From NCBI RefSeq assembly GCF_037042905.1, contig NC_087252.1, forward strand, positions 22,940,001-23,004,000: 64,000 nt of DNA, in the 5' to 3' direction. The position numbers and the translations under genes were made by a program. Of the stretch, positions 53,797-64,000 are shown in pieces. How positions within the stretch are numbered: position 1 is the first letter of the stretch; each line of letters opens with the position of its first letter. Origin of the DNA: Lytechinus pictus. Lineage: Eukaryota. The notes beneath the pieces were generated by a model, which saw only the letters and a program-made list of their open reading frames with translations, was not told the origin of the DNA and did not search any database.

Positions 53797-56700
53797 GTGA
53801 GTTGTGCATTGTCTTCCATTTCATTTTTTTTTCAAGGGAGAATTTCTCACTGACGATAAGTTGGTTATAATAGCAGATAAAAAAAAAATTGAAGTTTTAA
53901 TGAAAATACATCAAACATAATGACAGTTTTTTGTTGTTGACGTCTTATATTGTGTGATATGAATACCATAAATTCATTTTCCGTCTAATGGAACAAGATA
54001 ATTATAACATTTTTCTCATATAAGGTGTGTGAAAATATATGTCTAATAAATATATCCACCTAACAAAAGAAATCATTTTAAATTGTATGAGAAAATTAGT
54101 ATATTTCTTGGAATTTATAGATATTTATTGAGGAGCCGCTTTTCTGTGACGTCACAAAATAAAAACATAACTCCGTAATTCTTTGGCGGATTTTTATATC
54201 AATCTTTCATTGATTTATTTTAATGATTTGTTTCTGTTTTGTGAAGAAAACAACTTATTATCATGGTCAATATTCTTTTTAAGTCCAAGTAAAAAGTTTG
54301 AAAGTTTTGAAGTTTGAAAAAAATATCAACACCCAAATTCAAAACAGTCGATGTTGACCTACTTCTGACTAGTTAACACGTGTTTATTTGCTTGTTTGTT
54401 TCAGTCGGATTTTTCCTCCGAGATCACTTGCCTCCCTAATTTTCCTATTTTCTCTTTTCCTTTTTTTTTACGATCACAGGTCCAAAAACCAAAGGGTCCA
54501 CAACAACGGCACCAACAAGGGTGACACCAACAGGAACTACGCCAACAGGAACAACCCCTCCTGGTAAATATGCTATTACATTATTAAAGTCCTTTCCCAG
54601 CATAGTGTTTCACCCACACCCACACCCACAGTTCTCTCCACGTGAGGACGCATCCACGATAGTCTGCTGTGCAAACCCTTCACTATATAGTGATCTTAAT
54701 GCACAGCCTACAGCATTGGCGGCGGAAGCCAAAAAAATTAGGGGGGGGGGTCCACCTGAAATTTTGGGATGGACACTGGTAAACAATTGGACAAGCAAAA
54801 AAAAAGGTTATCAACCAAAATTTTAGGGGGACCACAAAAATTTTAGGGGGGTCCACCTCAATTAAGGGGGGACGCAGGAAACAAAATTGACAAGCAAAAC
54901 AAAAAATTTATCAACAGAAATTTTAGGGGGGTCCGTCCCCCCACCTCAAATTAAGGGGGGACAGGAACCCCCCCCCCCCACCCGCTTCCGCCGCCTATGG
55001 CCTACAGTGACCTGTGTAAAGAAACAGCAAGTTCTGTGTGTGCTACCAAAAACTGGCATTGTGCTACTCTCTTGTGAAGACTCACATGTCGACCAAAGTT
55101 CCAATCAGGATCTGTGCCTGAAGACTTCATCCACGATACATACACGTGATATGGCAATTTTGATTTTGTACAGCCCCATCCGGCTATATTTAGAAGTAAA
55201 AAAAATATTGCATTGCATTTTTATTTATTTTATTCGTTGTACGATAAAAAGAGCTATATGCCGATCGAATTCTTTCCTTTGGTGTATTAAAGAAGAATAA
55301 ATCACTTTGGGCATGTTTGCTTGTATGAGAACAGTCAGAGAAATCAAAGAATAAGATCGATGAATTTTTGCGAACAATAATTGGACAAACAGTAAAAAAG
55401 TTACATGCATTTCAAAGTCGATATCACTGTTGCTATGGAGATCCTCCCGTTGACAATGCGACCATAATATGTGTGATGTCACACATGAACTGTACAAACC
55501 CTCCTTTGTATGCTGACAATATACCCCGATCATCTTCTTTGCTAAAAAGTACTTTTCAAATGTATTTTATGAATCGTCTCTTCTCCCATGGAAAGATTAC
55601 CCCCGGCAACTACACTTGCGTGGTCAACTACTCCCGAAGGATACCACGGCCCCGGAATAACTATATGACAATGTTATTCCGGGCCCCGGAATAATATTAC
55701 ATTGTTCTATATTTTTTTTTGCAATCTAAATTTCGTTTCCCTTCCCCCTCAGGTACCGTTATTCCTACTATTATACCTGGGGTATCTATTGGTAAGTAGC
55801 GCTAGATGATATTTATTAACCAGATTAGATCATTGTATTAAGCCATCTCGGCTTTCATGGGTAATCCTGTCAAGGTATACACTTCTGTTTATATTTCCTT
55901 GTACTTGTTCATAGTTACCTGACAAATAAAATCAATCAATCAATCATTAATAGACTAGATTCTAGAGAATACAAATTTTGAAATTGAATTGAAGTAATAT
56001 GATTATGTTTTCTATTTTTTTATATAAAATAATCCGTATTTGTTGTGTCACCACTTTTATACACACGGGATTTTCTTCATCATCATTGGTGTGGGTTTAT
56101 TTGGTTCTTGGAAATTGGCACTTAAAAATGTTAATATCATCATGGATATTTTTTATTATCATTATTTTTGTTTGAAATATAAGAGACTCTTTTCGTCAAA
56201 GGGCAACAAAACTGCATATCAAATAGCATACGAGTCCTGGAGTTAATTAAATTCAGTGGCCACATATATAATCCTTTTTCATGGGTCTGAGCTTTAGAAT
56301 AGTGTGCACATCCTGTAGAGAAACTTTTACAATCATGGCGACTGTTTACTTTCATTCGTAGAAAATGAACAAAATAGATCAATACCAATAAACTCCACTG
56401 GATCTTTCTCTATCCTCATAATATAGAAGAGATCCAAATAAGATTTCACAAAAAGCATCATTTAATATTCGCACTAGATTTTCAAAATTACATGTACTAC
56501 AATGTTTGTCATCACAGTTCTGCTATTCATTATAAACACGAGAAAGAGATATTTAGCAGGTAGTAGTCATATATTATGCATTATTATATATAGATACATG
56601 GTATAGAATAAAAAGGAATCGGTAATCGTGGGGGCTGTTGGTTAATTCGATCGATGGTGAATGGCGACAGAACGATGCACGGCTCAACGAATTATGCCGA

Positions 56701-59700
56701 GATCCCTTTTTCACTTGATGAAATTAATATGGGGCAAAGTTAAAACAGTATACCCTATCATGAGTACAGACTCTTACAAATGTTGGGCAACATGCTGTCC
56801 ACACAACACTTGGTTAAAGCTTTATCCACTTCTGGATAGTTTTAAACCAATAGTGTGTGCTTTGGGTGACAACTATACACGGTATTGGTTGAGAACTACC
56901 CAGAGTTGGATATTTTTTTAACCAGTTGTTGTGTGTACAATATGTTTCCCAACATTACTATTTCTATTATTAATCATTTATTATCATCTGCATTTACCAA
57001 ACCTAGGCGATGTGAATATCGAAATGACTGCCACCTTGAATGGAGTTGCTTTTAGGCAAGAGTTTAATGACCCCTCATCTACTGAATACATGGAGTTTGT
57101 GAGCAAGGCAGAAGCCGAGGTAATATATATCTGAAAAAAAAACCTGTGTGTTTCATAAAGATTTCGCAACTTACGTACTACTTGGCGCAAGACTGGAAAT
57201 AATCGTTGCTGGAGATAACATTGTTGCACAGGGTACTGTGTTCACAAAGTGTTCACAATGAGTTCACAGTGTTTCCATAGTGTGTTTATAATGTGTTCAC
57301 AGTGTGTTCATTGTGTGTTCACAGTTTTTCCACAGTGCGTTCATAATGTGTTCAGTGTCTCACTCTGAGTTCAAAAGTGTGTTCACACTGTTTTCAGTGT
57401 CTCAAAGTGTCAAATGGTGTATCCACATTATGTTGACAACGTGTTCAGCGTGTTCACATTCTCACACTGTGTGTTCACAGTGTGTTCATGGGATCTTCAC
57501 AGCGTGTTCATGGGATGTTCACAGTGTGTTCATGGGATGTTCACAGTGTGTCCACATGGTGTTTTCACAGTATGTTCACAGTTAAATTAATTGAATTGAA
57601 AGTGTGTTCACAGTGTGTCCACACAGTGTGATCACATAATGGAACTGATTCGTACTGTTAAAATGCCTTTATTTACAATCGAGGTGCTGTTCACACTGTG
57701 TCTCATACTGAGAACACACTCTGAGCCTCTGAGATATACTGTGGAACACTGTTATCAGTGTGTGCAAAGTGTGTTCACGGTATGTTCACAGTGTGTTCAC
57801 ATTGTGTTTATGGTATGTTCACAGTGTGTCCACATAGTGTTTTCACAGTATGTTCACAGTTAAATTAATTGAATTGAAAGTGTGTTCACAGTGTGTCCAC
57901 ACAGTGTGATCACATAATGGAACATGTGAAGCTCTGGTTCGTCCTGTTAAAATGCCTTATTTACAATGAAGGTGCTGTTCACACTGTGTCTCATACTGAG
58001 AACACACTCTGAGCCTCTGAGACATACTGTGGAACACTGTTATCTTTCCAGCAGGCATTCGTGCTGTGCTAAAATGATAAACTCCAAATGTATCTTGTTG
58101 TCAAATGTGGACTGAGCTTAATCGTACAACCCTAATCAAATCTCGACAAATCAATTTCTATCAACTCTCTCCGAAGGTGCATGGTATTTCATCTTCATCT
58201 GAGTCCCGTAACACAAAGGTTATAGCGATTAATCGTATGCTTGATTTTTACGATTGATTGTACATTGAAGTCAATGCAATCAATCATAAAAAATGTTCTG
58301 ATATGGGATTTAAAATGATAGAGAATCTAATTTACCAACCGAAAACATGTTCCATTCGTGGCGGATCAAAAAGAAGATCATGATAAACCTTAATTCTTTC
58401 TTGAACGTGTTGTTTGATTTTCTGGTTTCATCATGAGAGAACATCATTGACAGTGCATATCATCTACTTCGAATTACTCTTTCTGTCAAGATGATTTTTC
58501 TTTTTTTCAATCACACATTTATGTCCCCTTTTTCAGATCATGAACGGGCTGCAGAATAACCAGATCGGAGGTTACGTAATGAGTGCAAGTGTGACCAGCT
58601 TGAGGTATTCCTATTTTGCATTTAAATGGCATATACTAATAACACCCCTTTAAAATTATATAATATATCATCACGAAACTTCTGCAATAATATCTTTGAC
58701 TATATACGCGCAGAGGACAGTTTATCCGATATTATATGGGACTATTTGTCCTATATTCCGGAGTCCGATATTAACCACTGATGCGTGTAAAAGGCTTTAA
58801 GTTTTTATAAAAAAATGTGCCCCGTGCTTTCTACTATTATAAATGTGTCTGGCTTGCGCGACTCTCGTTAACATGAAAGGGGTTTTGGAGTTTTGATCCT
58901 GCACTCCTTAATTTAGGAAGCACGAGGTGGGGATTTAAACCCCTCGTACCCACAAGATCCGCCACTGCACTGCAAAAACTCCGGTGTTGATTTAGCACCA
59001 GCCCGGAATCTATATATGTCCTCACCAGAGTATTGAAACAACACCGGTTTGGAATCAAACCGATGCTGTTTTAATACTAATTGGTGTTGTATAAACACCT
59101 ATCTGGTGTTAGACCAAAAACGAAACTGGTGTTGTTTAACACTTCTCTGGGTGTGGACATATATAGATTCCGGGCTGGTGTTAAATCAACACCAGAGTTT
59201 TTGCATTGTGTATGTTACTGCCACACCGATAACCTTCTCCAAACCGACTGATGGTGTGTCATTGGTATAAATGTGATACGTTTTTGTCTGCACGGGAGCA
59301 CTTCATCAACATTTTCCGTCTAGCAATTTGTCATATCTGGCATCTTTCTTTGATTCTGATTGGTCACGAATTAAAGGAGAATGAAACCCTTGAAACCAGC
59401 TGAATCCAAAAGAGAAAAATCAAAGAAACATATTGTTGAAAGTTTGAGGAAGATTGAATGAATAATAAGAAAGTTATGAGCATTTGAATATTGAGATCAC
59501 TAATGCCATGTAGATCCTCCTATTGGCAATGCGACCAAGATATGTGATGTCACACACGTACAACTCCCTCATTACTTTATTTCACTTATATTCTCACTTT
59601 TATAGAGTCTATCACAAGGTGAGGTGTTCTTTTTATGAGAGGACAAGTACAGAGGTTTCACAACATTATATCATTGATGAATCGTTTGTCATATGATTAG

Positions 59701-62700
59701 AATGAGCAAAAAGAGATGTTTTGGGGTAAATTTTCAGTGTCCAAAAGGGGACAGTTGTTCATCTGTGACAACATAGATCTTGGTCGCATTGCCAATTGGA
59801 GGATCTCCATAGCATTAGTGATCTCGACATTCAAATGCTCATAACTCTTTTATTGCTAGTCCTATTTTACTCAAATATTGTTGATCTTATTCTTTGATTT
59901 TTCTGCTTTCACAAAAGCTAACTTGCTTCAAGAGTTTCATTCTCCTTTAAGCACTGTTGCTATAGTAACTGTCGGAAAAAAGTCCGGCAATTCCTTTCAT
60001 GAAGTGCTCTCCAGCTATATAGGGAGCGTTTTATGAAAGGACTTGTCAGACGTTTCATCCGACAAGTCCAATTTTTATCCGACAGTTACCATAGTAACAT
60101 TGTATCTCAGCCAATCAAATTCAAGGAAAGTTGCCAGATCTGACAACTTAATTGTCGGACGAAAATGTTGATGAAACTCTATCCAAGAATCGGATTTGTT
60201 GGTGCATGTGACAAAAGCATATATGGTTTATCATAATATCAATGTTTTCTACTTCCTAGTCCCGGAAGTGTGGTCATGGGTGTAGCGGTTGGAGTGTCGG
60301 GTGAGATCGGGATGACTCTGTCCCAGGAAGCTACGAACACCACATCAGCCTTCGACGTTCAACTAGCCGTAGCCAACCTGGTATCTACCTCCATCAACGA
60401 TGCTGTTACGACCACTCTTTCAAATAATGCTCAACTTGGATCGTCAAATGCCGAGGTTGATATCTCACAAGGTATCATCTTAATCGTTTTGCGATATCAT
60501 CATAAGTTGAATCCATGTTTTCTTCAATACCAAAAGTGGTAGGCCTATAGAAATAAACTGGTATGAATCAGGGATTTTAATAAGTATCACAGACCTTTGA
60601 AGTGAAAGGTACTAAAATATTCAAATAATCTATGGCAATTAAAATGTTGTTTTTATCATCATGATCATTAGTCAACGATATTTTACTATGAAATTCAGAT
60701 TAAAGAATGTCATATTATGTCATTACGATAATTTTAGAGAACCAGTCAGGGCTGGCTATATTCACCATTCTTATTCAGGGGGATGTTCCAATTGAGACAC
60801 TGCTTTAAGACCGATGTTTGTGTCATCTTCGTAAAGACGGGCATGATAAGACCAAACACCTTCCAACAGCTTCACTCTCCTTTTCCAACTAGTGGTCATG
60901 GCGAAATAATTTTGATTCACCACTCTTATTCAGGGGGATGTTCCAATTGAGATTGAGACGCTGCTTAAGACCGAGTTTGTCATCTTCGTAGACGGGCATA
61001 ATAAGACCAAGCATCTTCCAACAGCTTCACCCTCCTTTTCCAATTGATGGACATGGCGAAATAATTTTGAACGAAATAATGAATAATAATGAGGAAAAAA
61101 TATTTTGCTCTTTACACAGTAATTGTTCCAGTTACGGCCGGTGGCACAGATCTCCCAAATGAAGTTACACCAGGTGCGTATGGTATTTTACATGAATATG
61201 TTATATCTTGAAGATCTCTATCGAGGTTAAGTTTTGTGCATTCTGTTCAGACAATTTTGTACTTATTTAATTGAGTGAAATATTTGCTTAATCCTTTTTT
61301 TATTCGCATAATAATTATACTTGATGTTGGATGTATAGTGCCAGTGCTATTGTTCGAAGACGTATATGATTACTCTGCTTGCCGATAAATGTGTGACCTT
61401 CATAATGTAGATATCCATTTTGTAGTTTTATGTTACATACGATTTTCGTTACTGCTTTCCTGTTGTCGTCGTCATCATCATCATTATCACAATCATCATA
61501 TCATCATTAGCATCATAATCATCATCACCATCATTGTTGTCGTCGTATCGTCATCATCGTCACAAATATTATCACCACCAGCAGCAGCACCACATATCAT
61601 CATCACCATCACCATCACACCATCATCACCGCCATAATCATNNNNNNNNNNNNNNNNNNNNNNNNNNNNNNNNNNNNNNNNNNNNNNNNNNNNNNNNNNN
61701 NNNNNNNNNNNNNNNNNNNNNNNNNNNNNNNNNNNNNNNNNNNNNNNNNNNNNNNNNNNNNNNNNNNNNNNNNNNNNNNNNNNNNNNNNNNNNNNNNNNN
61801 NNNNNNNNNNNNNNNNNNNNNNNNNNNNNNNNNNNNNNNNNNNNNNNNNNNNNNNNNNNNNNNNNNNNNNNACCATCATCATTTTCGTTGTACATTTTAC
61901 TCTCCTTGCATTCTTGTCATCAGGGGGGACTTGCGATGACGGCTTTTTCCGCTGCTCTGACGGTCTCTGCATCCATGAATCATTACGATGTGATTACCAG
62001 GATCATTGTATAACAGGGGAGGATGAGCTACTATGTGGTGAGTGATGTTAGACTCTTATCCATCAATAAATCAAATGTGAATATTGTATAGATAGATTAA
62101 TANNNNNNNNNNNNNNNNNNNNNNNNNNNNNNNNNNNNNNNNNNNNNNNNNNNNNNNNNNNNNNNNNNNNNNNNNNNNNNNNNNNNNNNNNNNNNNNNNN
62201 NNNNNNNNNNNNNNNNNNNNNNNNNNNNNNNNNNNNNNNNNNNNNNNNNNNNNNNNNNNNNNNNNNNNNNNNNNNNNNNNNNNNNNNNNNNNNNNNNNNN
62301 NNNNNNNNNNNNNNNNNNNNNNNNNNNNNNNNNNNNNNNNNNNNNNNNNNNNNNNNNNNNNNNNNNNNNNNNNNNNNNNNNNNNNNNNNCATGAGTCATT
62401 AGAATGCGATTGCAAATTGAGTGGATGGGCAACTTATATCCCTGCTGAATGAAATATGAAATACGCACACATAGGTAAACATACACACTAGCTAGATGAA
62501 TAGGTAGGTAGAACGGTAGATAGAGATATATCCATGTTTACACAGAGAGATTAATATTTAATCATGTATGTATATACTGTTTATGCATCCATGATAAAAA
62601 AATGCCATTACGAGTTTCCTTGTGCAAATGGAGAGTACCGACAGATATGTGGTTTTTTTTTTACCTGATGAAAACAAATATGAAAAATAAATGGGTTAAT

Positions 62701-63075
62701 GGATTGATAGATACTGTAGATAGATAGATAGATAGATAGACAGATAGATAGATAGATAGATAGATATATAGATAGATTTATAGATAGAAGGGATCGATGC
62801 AATATGGCACGTCCCATGTCCATATACGACTAGATCTATTGTATTTGTGTAATTCTTCATATTAATCATATCTCACATAAAACTTAGTATCATGTATAAT
62901 GAATTTTGTATTTCATTTCTTTCATTTCAATTATTTTTGTTGTGTGCAGGAGAGTGCACCAGTGACCAATTTGAATGTGGAAATGGCAAATGCATACCGG
63001 AGTACTTTGTATGTAATTATCTTCCTGAATGCCAAGATTTCGAAGATGAGACTGGATGTGGTCAAGGAGAGAAAG
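53562..63075 (+). CDS. Type II membrane protein, TM-SEA-LDLa (enteropeptidase/TMPRSS-like N-terminal architecture), incomplete. Exons 53562-53796, 54480-54563, 55753-55791, 57007-57119, 58537-58604, 60260-60471, 61120-61173, 61924-62037, 62950-63075 (or 63060)
   Basis: RKK followed by hydrophobic GFIAVAIIVAIVVVIVCLVIFLG; T/P-rich stalk; SEA motifs FNDPSSTEY and SPGSVVM; two LDLa repeats (CDDGFFRCSDGLCI..CD...C..GEDE..C; CTSDQFECGNGKCIP...C...C..EDE..C). All phases chain. Confidence 0.82.
54480..54563 (+). CDS. SEA/LDLa gene: Thr/Pro stalk exon
   Basis: GPKTKGSTTTAPTRVTPTGTTPTGTTPP, phase 1-1. Confidence 0.75.
54714..54999. mobile_element. hAT-like MITE, 8-bp TSD gcctacag
   Basis: cattggcggcggaagc / gcttccgccgcctatg. 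Confidence 0.85.
55753..55791 (+). CDS. SEA/LDLa gene: 39-nt exon
   Basis: Polypyrimidine tract + cag|...G|gtaagt, phase 1-1. Confidence 0.7.
57007..57119 (+). CDS. SEA domain exon a
   Basis: GDVNIEMTATLNGVAFRQEFNDPSSTEYMEFVSKAEAE. Confidence 0.82.
57232..58043. repeat. GTGTTCACA-based minisatellite with a ~280-bp higher-order duplication
   Basis: ~11-bp degenerate units; ~57537-57755 is repeated at ~57816-58043; related tract at 39020-39165. Confidence 0.85.
58537..58604 (+). CDS. SEA domain exon b
   Basis: IMNGLQNNQIGGYVMSASVTSL, phase 0-2. Confidence 0.78.
58968..59208. mobile_element. CACTG-end palindromic MITE (inverted copy of the 24883 family)
   Basis: cactgcaaaaactccggtgttg ... 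caacaccagagtttttgcattg. Confidence 0.8.
59371..59950. mobile_element. MITE with TTAA TSD, inserted into a smaller MITE (~59294-60012)
   Basis: ttaa-aggagaatgaaac / gtttcattctcct-ttaa. Confidence 0.85.
60260..60471 (+). CDS. SEA domain exon c (GSVV motif)
   Basis: SPGSVVMGVAV...VDISQ, phase 2-1. Confidence 0.8.
60762..61069. repeat. ~155-bp tandem duplication
   Basis: tcacca.tcttattcagggggatgttccaattgag...ggcgaaataattttga occurs twice. Confidence 0.85.
61120..61173 (+). CDS. Linker exon (54 nt)
   Basis: VIVPVTAGGTDLPNEVTP, phase 1-1. Confidence 0.7.
61924..62037 (+). CDS. LDL-receptor class A repeat exon 1
   Basis: 6-Cys LDLa pattern, phase 1-1. Confidence 0.85.
62950..63075 (+). CDS. LDL-receptor class A repeat exon 2
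   Basis: 6-Cys LDLa pattern; donor after 63075 (gtaggc) or after 63060 (gtcaag). Confidence 0.82.
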
Positions 63076-63260
63076 GTAGGCCTAGCCGCATACACCATTA
63101 GCGTACACAGGATTTTTGAAAGGGAGGGGGGGGGGGGTTAATGCGTGCCGACTGAAAAGTTGACGAGCAGAAAGAAAAATGCTCTTCACTAAAAAGTTGA
63201 GGTTGTTTCGTACCCCCCAAAAAAATCTTTAATTGGTCTGTACAAAAAAGGTTGATTATA

Positions 63261-63856
63261 TTAAAGGGGAATGAAACCTTCGGAACAAGTGGGCTTCTGT
63301 CGAAACAGAAAAATAAAAAAATAAGAACAAAGAAAGTTTGAGAAAAATAGGACTAATAATGAGAAAGTTATGAGCATTTGAATATTGCAATCACTAATGC
63401 TAATGAGATCCTCCTATTGGCAATGCGACAAGGATGTGTGATGTCACATGTGAACAACTTTCCCTTTGATGGACTATAAAATACCCCCAAAATGTCTCTT
63501 TTTGCTTTTTCTAATGGTGATACAAACTCTTTATCCATGATGTATTCTTTTAAAATCTGTATTACATTCCCTCCTTTATAGAAAGAACACATGATCTACC
63601 GATAGATGTGATAAAAGAGGCAGTTTAAGTGAAATATATACTTAAGTAATGGGGAGAGTTGTTCACAAGTGACATCACACGTATTAGTCGCATTGCCAAT
63701 GTGATGATCTCCATAGCATTAGTGATCGCAATATTCAAATGCTCATAACTTTCTCATTATTTGTCCGATTTTTCTCAAACTTTCGTTGATCTGTTTCTTA
63801 GATTTTTTCTGCTTTCTAACAAGCTATCTTGTTCCAAAGGTTTCATTCTCCTTTAA
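63261..63856. mobile_element. MITE with TTAA TSD, same family as 59371-59950
   Basis: ttaa-aggggaatgaaacctt / aaggtttcattctcct-ttaa; a partial copy also at ~55267-55560. Confidence 0.87.
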
Positions 63857-64000
63857 CGTATTTGCGTTGAGCCAATCAGAATATGTGGATTTCAGTAGCC
63901 ATTATGACAGTCGTTGGTGAAAACTAACAAAGCATGGAGCTATTAAAAGTCAGCGTTAGAATTGTGTTACAATATCCTTGGACTCTCAAACACTATATAC

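Noticed and set aside
54405-54440. Extra exon after gtttcag at 54404
   Set aside because: No plausible donor follows; it runs into the polypyrimidine tract of the 54480 acceptor.
61496-62486. ORFs containing X runs (also 24463-24828)
   Set aside because: Artefacts of N-gaps.

Overview
Eukaryotic (animal) genomic DNA, AT-rich and repeat-dense, with three N-gaps. Gene structures and repeat families suggest a marine invertebrate deuterostome, most likely a sea urchin (inference). Four spliced genes are supported. (1,2) Two tandem minus-strand alpha-tubulin paralogues, each with an ATG-only exon 1: gene A <1-3600 (3' end outside the window) and gene B 8548-18157 (complete, 452 aa). (3) A 7-exon arylsulfatase B-like gene (46238-52006, minus, 511 aa, CTPTR motif). 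(4) A divergently transcribed type II membrane protein with TM, Thr/Pro stalk, SEA and LDLa modules (53562->63075, plus; both ends unresolved). The rest holds a CR1/L2-group LINE with an open 907-aa ORF2, a frameshifted L1/Tx1-like LINE, tRNA-derived SINEs, many MITEs (TTAA, 8-bp or 3-bp TSDs; CACTG ends) and simple repeats. Most notable: a 5.2-kb insertion in intron 1 of tubulin B (11517-16723) has the terminal architecture of a DIRS-type tyrosine-recombinase retroelement (inverted terminal repeats plus an internal copy of the circle junction) but no recognisable coding region. Its 5' ITR carries a TATA box followed by ATG|GTGAGT, which mimics the tubulin ATG-only first exon.
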